This document shows positions 11,774 through 24,400 of a DNA stretch of 64,000 bases, in pieces. The position numbers were made by a program, and so were the translations under genes. Each line of letters opens with the position of its first letter. The first letter of the stretch is position 1. Source of the stretch: Iphione sp. A-MEVVRFRX5 (Eukaryota). The stretch is taken from contig OZ320314.1 in the NCBI GenBank assembly GCA_976226885.1, positions 103,540,001 through 103,604,000 on the forward strand. Reading direction: 5' to 3'. The notes below the pieces were generated by a model that was not told the origin of the DNA, made no database searches, and saw only the letters and a program-made list of their open reading frames with translations.

Positions 11774-13500
11774 CTAATGGTAGATAGATAGCTTGCATAA
11801 AGAACGATACAAGACGAACCTTCTGTGAAACTGTTGTGCCTCCAGCGAGGCACACTCTGGGTGGGTCTCTGGGGCACTGCAAGCAACATCAGGGAGGACA
11901 TCGTGTTCTGGGCGCCATCTTCCACCTACCACTACCGAAGGAGGGCTGGTCGAACTGCCAGCATCAATATCAGCGTGTACTGAGCTTGGAATCTGAGGGT
12001 GTTTTTCATCTAAATCCAGGTCCTCCTTCGGCTGGCCACATTTTGTAAAGGTTCCATACATCAGATGAGATCGGCTGTTGGAATCTGCTTCCATGCTACA
12101 GCAACTGTTGCCGAACATCACCACACGAGTACAGGAGGGGATGTTGAGGCCAGGGCATCGGCAGCCGTGCTCTTCACCACTACTTCTGCTGTGACTGTCG
12201 TCGGTTCTTACAGAGCACTGAGCAATGTTTTCCGGAGTAGGATTCAGGAGACTAACCCTACTCTCCTCCTCGTCAGGACCTTCTTGTCGGATCTCACCGT
12301 CCTGCTCGTCCTCGTCTCTCTCCCCGATATCCTCGTTACTGTCTCTCCGCTCTTCTTCACTAACATGAATCTCCTCTTCTTCTTCTTTCGTGTGATGCAC
12401 AAATCCTGGTCGCCCTCCTCCAACCAAACCGACATAAAATCCTTGTCTGTCTGCGCCATCATAACACAGCTGGGGTCTTGCACCGTGGCGGTAATGACCA
12501 TGGTTTACTAATTCATCACCATCATCATCGTCGTCGTCGTCCTCGTCCTCATCAATGTAAGGCACATGCACTCCAACAATATCGTAAAAGTTCCTCCGTT
12601 CTGGTATACTGCTATCATTAACCCTTTGTTGCTCCACACTGCTGGTATACCATTCTCGATGTACCACAACTTCAGTACAAAAGTCTCCTCTTCTTTGATC
12701 TTCGCAAACACCAAGGTTATTTCTACAAGGGCTCTTGTCGCCTGGTGCTTTTTGTCCGGCTCTCTTGTCATCAGTGCATTCTTCTTTGACCGCGTCATTA
12801 TGTTGGCCAGACTTTTCACCGGCCTTATCAACAAGACCTTGTTGCTCATATCCATCACCATTATCGACGTCTTCCTCACAAGCATGACCGCCGCGTCGTT
12901 CTTGATCTTCTCCCCTGTCCGTGGTACGCTCGTCCCGCTCAATCACACTGTCACCGAGTAGACTTCGTTCATTCAAGAGGCTTCCACTGGGTTTCCCAAC
13001 CTGCACATCGTTACAGGTTTTTTCTCGTCCGCAAGGGACCCGTCTGTAAGGCCTTTCTCCATTGGCATGGATGTTACTGACATCCTGCTCGACTTCGTTA
13101 TCATAAACTGTGTGCTCATCTGTATCAAGACTTTTTGATTGGTGACCCACGTCCTCCTCATTCTCCTCCTCTCTGGTGGTACCCATATCGATATGGCTTC
13201 CTTTATTATTAGAACTCCCCTGCAACAACTCCTCCTCCTGGTCTTCTGTATCAACTTTCACTGAACAGTCTGAATTCTCTGTCGTCTCTCGCCGTCTCGT
13301 CTCTATTTTGTAGCCAATGGACCAATCGCTGCTGTCTGCATATTCTGGCCGCACGTACTCCAACCATTTCTGAATGGCCTCTTTCGATCCCATCTTTCCC
13401 GGCCCGCCCCAAGCCACAGACTGAATCACGTGCGAGTTACGAGGCAAAGAAATTTGCTGCAAATTGGCGCAGGTGATAAAATACCAGGGATGTCTTTCGA
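11774..13500 (-). CDS. Large acidic low-complexity coding exon: alternative INTU N-terminal exon or exon of a nested unknown gene
   Basis: 609-codon stop-free frame (11774-13603), far longer than any neighbouring intronic ORF. Poly-T acceptor tgtag| at 13500, ATG at 13393 (MGSKEAIQKW), possible phase-2 donor AG|gttcgt at 11820. D/E-rich with no recognised domain. Confidence 0.55.
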
Positions 13501-14093
13501 CTACAAAAAAAAAAAAAATCAGTGCATTCCAGTTTAGTTTCACCCTTCGCGACCTCTGCTGATCACAAGAAGTGTAGGACGTTAAAAAAACACAAGGAAG
13601 CAATCAGACTAAACGAGCATGGCAAGAAATGATGAATATGTTCGAGCTGTTCTGACAAGGTAGACCCGTGGTTCCCGCAGTAGCTGTCACACACGTCGAC
13701 GTGGGAGGCATTCGATGCGACGGCTTTAAAGAGAGAGAGAAAGATGCTCCCTCGGTGAACAGACGAACACGGCGCCCCCTCAGCTGTCTATGTCGACCTA
13801 GAGTGATCCATCGATATGACAAGAGGGTAGATATGATCAGATCGATGTGGGCTTTTTACTCTGGGGGCTGCCTGTCACCGACTGCCAACAGCCATCAAGG
13901 GGGCACGGATCCACACACTGTGGCAGTGGGAAGTGGGAGCCACCAATACCACCACCCGCAGCACCACCGCAACCATCACCAGCGTACTTCCTCCTCTTGA
14001 CTTGTCAGCCTCTCTGCTACTAGTGAAGGCTGGACGAGGGGGACGCGTCACGTGGTAAGGCGTCCAGGTAACATCTGCCCACCGGCCTGGATG

Positions 14094-14100
14094 TTTTATA
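14094..14100 (-). promoter_or_regulatory. Candidate TATA box (TATAAAA) of an internal promoter upstream of the large acidic exon
   Basis: TATAAAA on the minus strand inside a GC/CpG-richer stretch (about 13.85-14.25 kb), with a CACGTG E-box at about 14050. Confidence 0.35.
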
Positions 14101-16497
14101 AGGATCCACAGCTATGTTCAACACTAGCCGCCCGTCGTGGCAGACCTTCGACGATTTATCGATTTGTCGACAATGGCCGCCTTATCGCTGTTTTAAACAA
14201 CCGCCCGCTCACGCTTGGCTGGTGTCGCACTGTACAACCCCCCTACTCCCCCACCCCCCACTGTTTACTACCGTTGGTGTATGAACATAATTTGTACAAC
14301 CCTAAATAATCTTCACACCGCCAGGGGACAGCCATACGAGAACCAACCCATTATATACTCCAGCATACAAAGAAGCTGCTTGAATTAAACCAAGCTTTAT
14401 AACGAGAATAATCTCTCACAGCAAAATATCCCTTAGAATACATATTTTTGTTGCATTTCGCTGAGGGTATTTTTCCAGGAGGTAATTACATGTTAAAATA
14501 GGTTCTCAGTGGGTTAACCCTTCCTCTGAATTTTCATTATGATCATCTGCCGCCAACCTAATGAGACCGGACAGCATGACGAGTGCGACAATAAATCAAT
14601 TTGTTTGGGTCAGAAGTAACGTCTAGTGTGCCCTTTGATTTATCATACACACCGCGTTAACATTAGTTTTGACCAGCACGGCCTGTACACGGCAGAGTTT
14701 GACAACAACACCAGATGCTCTGCAACGCCGACACCAGGTGGCAGGCCAAGCGGACGGGGTACCTTTTGGGTCAATTAAGATTTCGTGATAGACGCCAAGC
14801 TGAGATGTTACACACCAGGTTCGGGTAAAACATTGAAAAAGAAATGAAATTGAACACAAGGCACACATTTGAACAATGAATGTTGAAGTAAAAGAAATCT
14901 TGGGGTTATCCGGTCAACCGCGACAGAATTTTAGTAAAAAAATGCAATTGTTATTTTTGTTGGTATTTCCTTAAAGCATGGCAGAGCAGACACGCACGAA
15001 AGTACATGCATAATGCATGTGTGTACATGATCCCCATTTCCACTGGATGAGCAACGGCGTGGTTAACACGATTTGTCACAAAGTGATGACTAAATTTCGT
15101 GGTATGGAGAACGTACAACATACATATTCCTATTCTACATGGCGGGACTTAAGCCAGCAGGTAAGGACGGACAACACGAAGAGTACCGAACACTCCTTCA
15201 CTACTCCAAAGCAGACGATAATTTAAGTGCCTCAAATCTAGTGGAAAATGAGATAAATGAATGCGGATCTGAAGATGAATACAGTGCTCCAAGGGCACTT
15301 AATCTGCTATTATTAGGGAGCCGCTGGAAGGTATGGGAACGGTTGAGGGCAATATGTACTGCACCTTAAAGGGAACCACGGTCGCCATTCTACTGGAGCA
15401 AAAATAACTCCCTCACAAGGTTACTGGATGAACCCCACGATGAGTACACAATGTGAGCCTAAGCCTTTCTTATTTCGGATGAAAACACGAGTTTAAAAGA
15501 TGTACATGTATGTCTACCAAGACAAAAGAACGGTGAATTCCCGAAACACATGGACTTAACGAACCTAGACCGTTTAGAGCAAAAATCAAGAGAATTGTTT
15601 ATATAACCACCCTGAAAAAATCCTAATGCCTATACATGTATTTTCAAAATGATGTCGAGGACTTATGTCACCATTAACCTTTCGTTATAATCATCCAATG
15701 AAAGCTTTACAGGGGGCGGTGTTCTCTTCGCTAAAACCCGCAGGGGAGACTGCCGGGAGGGAAGACAGGTCCATCCAGGAGTGAATGTCATTCTCCCGCG
15801 GTCTTTATGTCAGTGGGTCGGGGACCCGAGCGGGCAGGTCAATTCATCGACAGGTAGACCTCAGATGCACGCCGCGAGAGCATGATAATTCACGGGGGGC
15901 AAGTCCACTCTTAACGTTGCTTTACAGTGATTCTGATGAGCACTGGTCGATATCCCCCTGCACTGGCGCAGCAGAGGGAGCCAAAAATGTTACAAGCAGA
16001 TTTATTGGTTTAGTGATCCTGAGAGTAGGTGTGTGTCTTTTTGTGCTACTATAAATTAAAGTGAAAGAACTATGAGCACGTAGTCCCGTTCAACGGAATG
16101 TGTCTAATACGAGTGTTTTATAGCATCCTCAAAGTACAGACAAAAAAAGGCCACAGAATATCGCACTGATTGGTTCCCAGTACAACTGAGTCCTTGTTTT
16201 CTGAGAGCTGTATTCTCCGCATTTCAAACCGTCATACCTGTATATAAATTCGGTACAAACTGGAGCAAATACTTTCTTGTGTGCTCAGAAAGTAACGACG
16301 CCAAAGAGAGAAGCGTATGGCTCTAGGGCATGCGTTCTTTAAGTGAACATTCAAGAAAATGACGTGGGACCAACAATTATACTCGCTGCTCTCTTTTTCA
16401 GGTACCCGCGGGCATTGTGGCGTCGACCCGTGCAAGTAACGGTGCCTTCTTCCAAACTCCTGAAGGCACAAGGAAATGTACGCAGACCACGCGGACA

Positions 16498-16498
<1 letters not shown>

Positions 16499-16529
<31 letters not shown>
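16499..16529 (+). repeat. (TG)n microsatellite
   Basis: About 15 TG units. Confidence 0.95.
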
Positions 16530-16531
<2 letters not shown>

Positions 16532-19500
16532 ACGGAAATATACATATGCATGTATGCTACTTAAATACACCTATACGTGTCCATGTACATGTACACACAT
16601 TTACACAAAAATGTATACTTTTCAAGGACATACGTTTCTTGAATGTAAACTTATGATTTCATAGTCTTTCACGTTGAGCTGTTTATCTTGCTGTCCGGAA
16701 CCCCCAGACAAAGTTTCGGATGAGAGAGGAACAGACCATTCTCTACGGCAGCACTAGGATGTACATGTACCTATATTAATAGTGATATAAACGTCTACCT
16801 TCGTTGTGTTTCACACATCAATGTCACATCAATTTGAATAGGCGCCGTTTTCCTTCGGAAAATTTAAAACTGTATTTCTAGAAACCACTCCGATCACTCT
16901 GTTCATGTTTCGTTTCCCATGCTGAACGTCTCTAGCTCTTGGTCCTATCTGACTGGCTGTATTTCAGTGCATCACGCCCACTGGGGACGAGCTGTCAGCC
17001 AACCTCTTTACTCGCCCCGGGCACCGTGAATAGCCTGTAAGGTGCCCGCCAGGCCCAAGCCGATTGAACCTTATATGGCGGTTAGCAAGGGATGCGTCCG
17101 TCATCTTAACCTGAGTATAAACGATCTCAAAATGAAGGGATATGTGCGACAACGAGAGGGGACAGAAACCAAACATATATAAAGACATACAGCAAATGTA
17201 CGGAAATCATTATTCACAGAATGAGAGACGGACAGACAGAAAGATCGAGATCGAGACCAAGACAGACGTACAGAGCGAGGAAAGCAGACATAGATATAGT
17301 CACAGACAGGCAGACAGACAGACAGACAGACGGGCACATAGGCACACATAGATGGATAGTGACAGGAGTTCAGAAAAGTGAGAAATAATATCCTGCGACA
17401 AACACGTAGTGTTATGACCTATAAAATGGTTCAGTGCCAAAGGTCATATCGATTATAATGGAGGGGCATATATTGACATTGCGGACGTTGCTTTCTGAGC
17501 GAGTCTTTACCATGGCGCAACGCTGATATTCAATGCCCGAAATGCATTAGCAGTGAAAACTAGAACCTTCTCGAAACTGCAACACCATCAGCCAAACTGT
17601 GTAAAATCTTTTCGAACCTTTTTATCATTCAACACTAGAACAAGTTTAACAAAACGCCATTTGGGGTAATATACGCGGAGCCTTCTCACTTCACATTTGT
17701 AAAAGCTCGACTGTACAATAAAACTGTACAATTTCCCTTTCTTCATCGCATCAAAGGTTTCACATACATCCATGTTGTGAGGGCAAGGACGCAAGATAAA
17801 TTGGTTCTGGAAAAAACTTCAAATACGATACATTCCGATGTTATTTTGAAGGAAGATAGCTTGTTTTCTAAAAGATTACCAGCTGAAAGATGGAAATAAG
17901 GGTAACCATATAAGCCTAGACTTCTCATGATACATGACAGGTTACGTACATGTGACCCTTCCATCATTTTGAATAATCGAAATGTGTATGTAGCGGGATA
18001 AAGGTACTCCTTGGTACGCTGTGTAATGTGGCTTACGAATTAGAAAAGAGAAAGAGAGTGAGAAAGACGGAAACAGGCAGAAAGACCGACAGCCAGAAAC
18101 GGACAGGTACACACACAAACACACACAGGCATTAAATTAGGCTCACAGCAATTTTGCGACCATTCAGCATGAAACCAAAAGTACGTACATATGGAGATAT
18201 AGGGCGACATCCGGCATATGGGACACAAGTAAATGAATCACCAAAGATTCGCCTCTCTTCTCTTTATTTGTTCTTTCTACTTCTACGTCCGACCCTACTG
18301 TGATCTAACTACATGTATCTGGATTTTGATGTGCATGTTACATTTAGGCTTGGCTGCTGTAGTTCACATAACCTGGCTAGAGTACAGTGTATAGTAAATT
18401 TGTGGACTGAATACCATGTCTATTGTACAAATGCTGTCCGGTCAAAGGATCGGCATTCATCAAATAGCTCCTTAATAGTCCAGGAAGCTAGCTCTTCTCA
18501 AAGCAGGTTAATATATAGATATCCATCGAGGCCTGCCTTCAGAGAGCCAACTTCAGACCAGGAGGCAATTAGTACAATTGGCCACTTAGCAAATGATCAT
18601 GTGGTGCTGGCTAGACAGGAGTACAAATCAATTAAGGCCCACAGTGAGGGTGACATGTGGTCAGCCCAAGTAAACGCTCCGTAGCAGAGTCGTTATGTGG
18701 GAGGGGTGGGGCATATTTACAGCTCGTAATTGAAAGAGAAAAGGCTAGTATCTGTCGCACAACGCAGGACTTGGGCTGCTGTTGGCTGCGTTGTGAAGGA
18801 TGGAAAGAGGGCAAATGTGACACTGATCCTGCCTTGATTGTATTGGGCAGTATAAAAACCAATTAGCTTGGTGTCTGAGCTACAAACAGAAAATAAATAA
18901 GGAAAATAAACAACTCACCGCTTATAAATTAACATCTGCCTATCAATCTATATAAATGTTAATTCTCATTTGTTTTTAATACATTTTATATTAGAATATG
19001 TCACTTTTTACGATGTAACATTTTTCAATGAAGTAAACAGCTGATACACATTTTTTACTGGACTGCTTGAACCAATACATGGCTGTGATAGGGCACCACT
19101 ACTTCCGCTAGCTTGGCACATGTCGGCGTACTCTTCTCTAGCTACAGTATTCTCAACTACAATTAACAGCTCCTCTTTCTCTAATTCCAATAAATACAAT
19201 GTACTATGAACGACACTTCTCTAGGGGGTCCTCAGGAAATTTTATTACGACAGCACACCCATCTCGACAATGAACAATCTGTACTTAATGCCTTGATCGA
19301 TGTGTCCAATACACAGAATCTTGGCTAAAAGGTTACCTCTAATTTAGGCATTAACCAGATGGCGGGCGGCGAAAAGAAAATGAAAATGGAGTAGCACTGG
19401 CGCTGAGAGCTCTGTATATGTGACGTGCTCCAACATTTCGTACATCGATGTATACATCCACGTTTATTGGAAGTCTTAGATAACTGACAGCACATGCATG

Positions 19501-20709
19501 TGTACTGATCACACAAAATGTGAAATACCTTCAAGGAAAAAAATCAGATGAAAACCATCTCCTCACTGAGTGAAATGTATGTACATGTCTATCAAACAGG
19601 CAGAAGCACGTTTACCCAAGAAGCAAAGCATGCAACGAGAAGGTAGGCTCAAGGGGCTGAAGGTGAAATGAAACCTATACAATCATGTTTAGGCTGGGGC
19701 ACCTAACCACCAAAAAACCACACCGAAAAAAAACAGACACCAGTTTACAACTGAGGCAGCGCCGTTCATCACCGGCCACACTGCAGTCATTGTTCTCGAT
19801 CATGTCAGCGCTGTCATGTCAGACAGAGATCAGAGGTGCATGCTGCTCGGCTCCAACCTCACCTCACATGTCCAACTGGCCGTTCTCAACAGGGCAGGAG
19901 GCAAAAGAAAAGGCTCGCTTTTGCTCTCGCCATCTTTTTGCTGGTCAAAAAGAAAACGTTATGGGCGCTGCTCACCTACGGTTGTTTTTCGCGTGAACAA
20001 GCCGGCCCTCAGTGCCCGAGTCACGGAGCCCGTGTCATGCTAAATGCTATTAGCAGTGCGTTCTACTTTCAATTAATGCTTTTTCATGCATTCATTACAC
20101 CCCCCTACCCCTCTGCATAATGTTGAGTCGATGGGGGGGGGGGGAAGTAATTTTGCATTCTCCCCCACCCCACGCCCTCCCTTGTGACATGCATGCATAC
20201 ACGAAGCAGAACATGCATCTGGACAAAGGCGTACAGTGACCAACACACACGAATGGTAACGACATTCTTGCCTACAAGTGTGTATCCGAATTCCACCTAA
20301 CCTGATATTTATGCACGAGGGCGGAATGTCTGAAATGCGCGCAAGATGAATTCATATCTGCTCTGCTTTTCCTCAGGTTTGTGGTCGAACTGGCCGAAAT
20401 GACATGCCACTCTTGTCTCTCGCCGCAGGGTTCTACTACCAGTGGCTTGCTACCATTAAATATCGTGTTACTTTAATGTACATACTTTAAAAGAACGAAT
20501 GCTAATGTCACACACTTGCACAGCAAAGAAGTGGACCACCTGCCTGTTTCAGTGCTAATCACAGAGATCTGACAAGGTTGCGCTTTGAAGATTTTTTTTT
20601 GGTTTGCACTTTGAAGGAGAGGGCAGCCGATAAAGGACTATGATTGTTATTGCTGTTATTGCTGCGGCTAAGTGGCGCCATGCGTGTACCATCGGGGGCT
20701 GCTGCCTAC

Positions 20710-20799
20710 CTACGTGTCTTCTGGGCGGTGCCTGGCTGGGGTGGCGCCCTCCTTGAACGAATCGCGGCAAGGAGGAGGGTGTCATCTGTGTGGTCGTAA
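20710..20799 (-). CDS. Candidate 90-nt internal exon (YDHTDDTLLLAAIRSRRAPPQPGTAQKTR)
   Basis: Pyrimidine-rich acceptor ...cgtcggcag|, donor AG|gtaggc, phase 2 to 2, no stop; joins 21612 and 8133 in frame. Confidence 0.45.
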
Positions 20800-21611
20800 C
20801 TGCCGACGATCGTACAGGAAGGACACAAAAGGTGAAAGAAAAATCAACCGACACGGAACCGGATGCATATGGCGGCAGGTTGTAACTCTTCTCTGGTCAC
20901 AAAACAGCTCGCGTATAATTTTTTTTCTGTCGGGAACACATTACTCTAATAGACTGATCCTAATCGAACCAGACGGTGAGATTCAAACAGACCCAAGGAT
21001 GGACAGGAGCCAACACCAGGAAAATTAATGTTGTGGGCTAAAAATTACGTACATATGTACTCGAGAACTATGCAATTTGAGTGAATAATTTGAGCAAGGC
21101 CTTAAACGTCCTTGACGACATTTAAACCTTACGTTTTCAGTACGCAAGTGCCGCTAGAGATTGAACTATGAGATAAGGGGACACACTAAAAGAGGTGGAT
21201 AATTCGAGATTTGCCCAGAGTGAAGGATTTCTCATCTTCCATTCCAGCGGACATTCTATGGGTAGGCACGTGGCCAAAACTCACCTAATTATTCTCTTGT
21301 AGAGTCGAAGTCTACGTGCTTATTATCAACTGAAATTCTTGTGAACAAACCAGCCCTCACACCGTGACAATCAATGCAGTTAAGTATGTACGTGGTGTGC
21401 ATAATTTTTCTAACACTCTAACTAATACAGACCCTAACAGAGGGGTTAGACTGAGCTCGTGCTTTGGCCTGGGGACTAAGCACTGGGCGGGGACCTGGAC
21501 ATAGTTGCCTGATTAGCCTTTACTGTCCAACCTGGGAGTCTGTTTTCTTGGTCCTTATATCTGTAAGCAATTTATAGTAGGGTAAAAAAAAAATCAAACT
21601 GCTTAGCCCAC

Positions 21612-21766
21612 CTGGATGGTACCAACAAGGGGGCCCTGGAGTATGGCTTGTCTGAGCACCAGGGATCTGGCTCCTTCAGGCTGTAGGGGTTTTCCTTCTC
21701 CTCCTTCAGGTCATCCCCCTCCTCGTCCTCCTCCAGTATCGTACTCAAGATGAATCCGGAGTTCAT
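21612..21766 (-). CDS. Candidate alternative first coding exon (MNSGFILSTILEEDEEGDDLKEEKENPY...)
   Basis: Kozak-like CACCATG at 21766, 51 codons + 2 nt, donor AG|gtgggc (phase 2), coding-like acidic composition. Confidence 0.5.
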
Positions 21767-23835
21767 GGTGCATCTTCCGCTATGATGTCGGGGCCACAGG
21801 AGTGAAACCTGCGGTATGAGGCCGAATACAGCACGGTCCTATCTTCTGGTGTAAATACGTACCCCACCTCCAATGCGCCAATCAATATGAGATCCAAACC
21901 AATTCTGCCTTTCCCTCGGACGGGCTGCACCTCTGGGTCGAGTTCAGCAACAACCCCGGGTCCCAACTGTCATGACAATGCTTCAGTACAGGACTGAGGT
22001 TCGATAAATATTTTATGCAAAGTGCATAATCGAAGATCGTGGCGGTCCGGTTTGCTAATGGAGGCATTCCGGGGTAAATGGAAATCAAAACAGCATCACT
22101 GGCCGTTTTTAGGACCTCGCCAGGCCGATAACGCAATAAGACTGAACAGAATCGGTAGGACCATAACACACCATCATTTACCATACGCACATGATGCCTA
22201 GGTCACATGTTGACAGCAATCCTAGCTGTATCCAGTATCAGCATGGTAGTCCCTCGAGTGGTACTCCAAGAGGGCAATTCCAGATCATGAACTATCATGG
22301 CAGACCCGGAGCTCGGAGGTATTCACACGATGTCGGGAATCCATGCTACACTTGACGGAGGCTAAAGTTACAAATTCCGGAGGGTGGTGTACATATATAC
22401 GGATATGTATGCACTTTTGAGCTGATGGGTTATCCCAACCTCTTTAACAAGTGTGCCTGTTGACTACTAGAGGCACTGTGGTGGCGATGAGACCTCTGAC
22501 TGGCGACTACCGATTGAGTACGATTAGGGACGGCGTTATTGCCGTCCACGCCACGCACCAGTTGGTACTCAACTTGGAAACAGCGCGGCCGATTCTTCAT
22601 TAATCTCCATACCCCACGCCTCCAACATGTATCCATCACTTGAACGCCCTTCAATGCGCCGCCTGGTAATCCTTACAAAGAGGCGGGCGAGAGGCATCAC
22701 GCCCGCGCCATTAATAATCCCGAATGAGATCCGAATCCGCGACGCGGTGATCTGAATCCGTCGGCGCACGGTGCTCGAGTGTGCGACTCCTCGAGTGGCG
22801 AGTGGAGTGAAGGAGGGGTCCACTGATTTGTTGTCGAGCTGCATGCGCGTGCTGTACCACTACAACTCGCGCGGCTCGGACGAGGACAGCTGTGCGCAGC
22901 GTACGTCATCAGTAAACAGTTGAAAATCAATATTTGCCTGTCGAAATCTTGACCCCCTGCAAAGGATCGTTACCAGTTTTCCGGTCTTTCTTTTGTGACG
23001 AGTCGCTATATATATGCAGACCTCCCCTGACAAGTGCAGCGCGCCCCCAAGGAGAAGAGTTGCTGGGTTTACCTCGGTAGGGGGGGGGGGGGCAGGGCTG
23101 GGCCACAGGCACCACCAGCACCACCCACCACCATCCACGGCCGACCGACCAAGGACGGCGGCAAGGAGAGAAGGACGAGGAAAGAGGAGAAGGAGGAGGA
23201 CAGCAAGGACCACCTGACGGCTCCTAACCACCAGCTGCTAGCACGTGCCAGCCCGCTGTACGCCTCAAGCGTCGTGCTGCTGGATGCGCTACGCTGGCGG
23301 GGAGGCGGGGGGGGGGGGGGGTGGAGCCACCCAACCTGCATCCCCCCAGCCCGCCCGACGACGCCCACTACTCACCATGCGGTGGAGCCTGCGTTCCTGC
23401 GAATCTAATTGGTCATCAGCAGTTCGGTTATGGTCCGTGCTAATGACTTCAACAAGTCAGAATGAATGAATACTTCTATGGTAGTCATTAGGGCTATTGT
23501 CATGTCGCCTTGTGGCACCATGGCCCGATGCCTAAACATTAACTGCCGTGCTTTACCATTAAGCGGTGTCATTTGATCATCAAAAAGCCATACTACACCA
23601 CCATCAACCGACAATCTTTGTACAGTGGCCAAAAACCTTAGTTGCTCCACTAATCATCAGGGACGCTCGTGCCAAATGGGTCGTCAACTTTCGAGACCTA
23701 CACATAACTGGTTCATCTATCAAAAACGTCTCTCTTAACAGTCACCAACCTACTACGTATCAATCAATACCAACCAATTAACATAACTGGGTGGAGAAAT
23801 ACGATCATTCTGAACCATTTGGTCTGCAGCATCCC

Positions 23836-23875
<40 letters not shown>

Positions 23876-23876
23876 C
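23836..23876 (+). repeat. (CAA)n microsatellite
   Basis: About 13 perfect CAA units. Confidence 0.95.
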
Positions 23877-24111
23877 CCCCTGCCCCCTACCTTTACCACC
23901 TGTCATCACACTTGCATAATGAATTGTATGCCTGAGTGCACACAGCTGCCCAACACAATGTTACACCCCAAACACAGTAAGTGTGTGTATATGTGTGTTT
24001 GTGTGTGTTGGTGAGCAGAATGCATTGAAATGCAATTACTTCATCCTTAAATTTACTTCAAAAGAAACAGAAATAAGTCAGCAGCATGTATGTATGGGCG
24101 AGACTTCTTCC

Positions 24112-24400
24112 TTTACATATGGAGGTCAGCTCTTGACACGATATTGGTGGTTTTCTGCAGAGCATCCACAGGCCCCTATAGCGTCTCCTGGAGGGGCGTC
24201 ATCCTTGTGAAAGCCTCTGCCCTCAATGATTGGCGGCTCCTGCAGTCCTGTAGGATATGGGCTGTGTCCTTTTCTGCCTGTCCATAGGGACACATCTATA
24301 GGACAGGGCACAGCATCTATCCTCCTGTCCAAATGTTGGCCCAGTCCTTAGACAGAAGATAACCACTTGCTCTGGTCTTGACAGCTGGTGGTAACTGTCC
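24112..24400 (-). mobile_element. Non-LTR retrotransposon 3' fragment (I-group/Ingi-like CCHC tail)
   Basis: DSYHQLSRPEQVVIFCLRTG, then after a frameshift CPYGQAEKDTAHILQDCRS...LQETL*GPVDALQKTT; ends near GAAGAAG. Confidence 0.72.

Noticed and set aside
16240-16459. Open frames after the minus-strand acceptor at 16459 and a plus-strand acceptor at 16401
   Set aside because: Several frames and both strands are equally plausible, and the region adjoins a (TG)n repeat.
18300-19500. Patchy coding-like frames suggesting a decayed transposon or viral gene
   Set aside because: No diagnostic motif could be identified.
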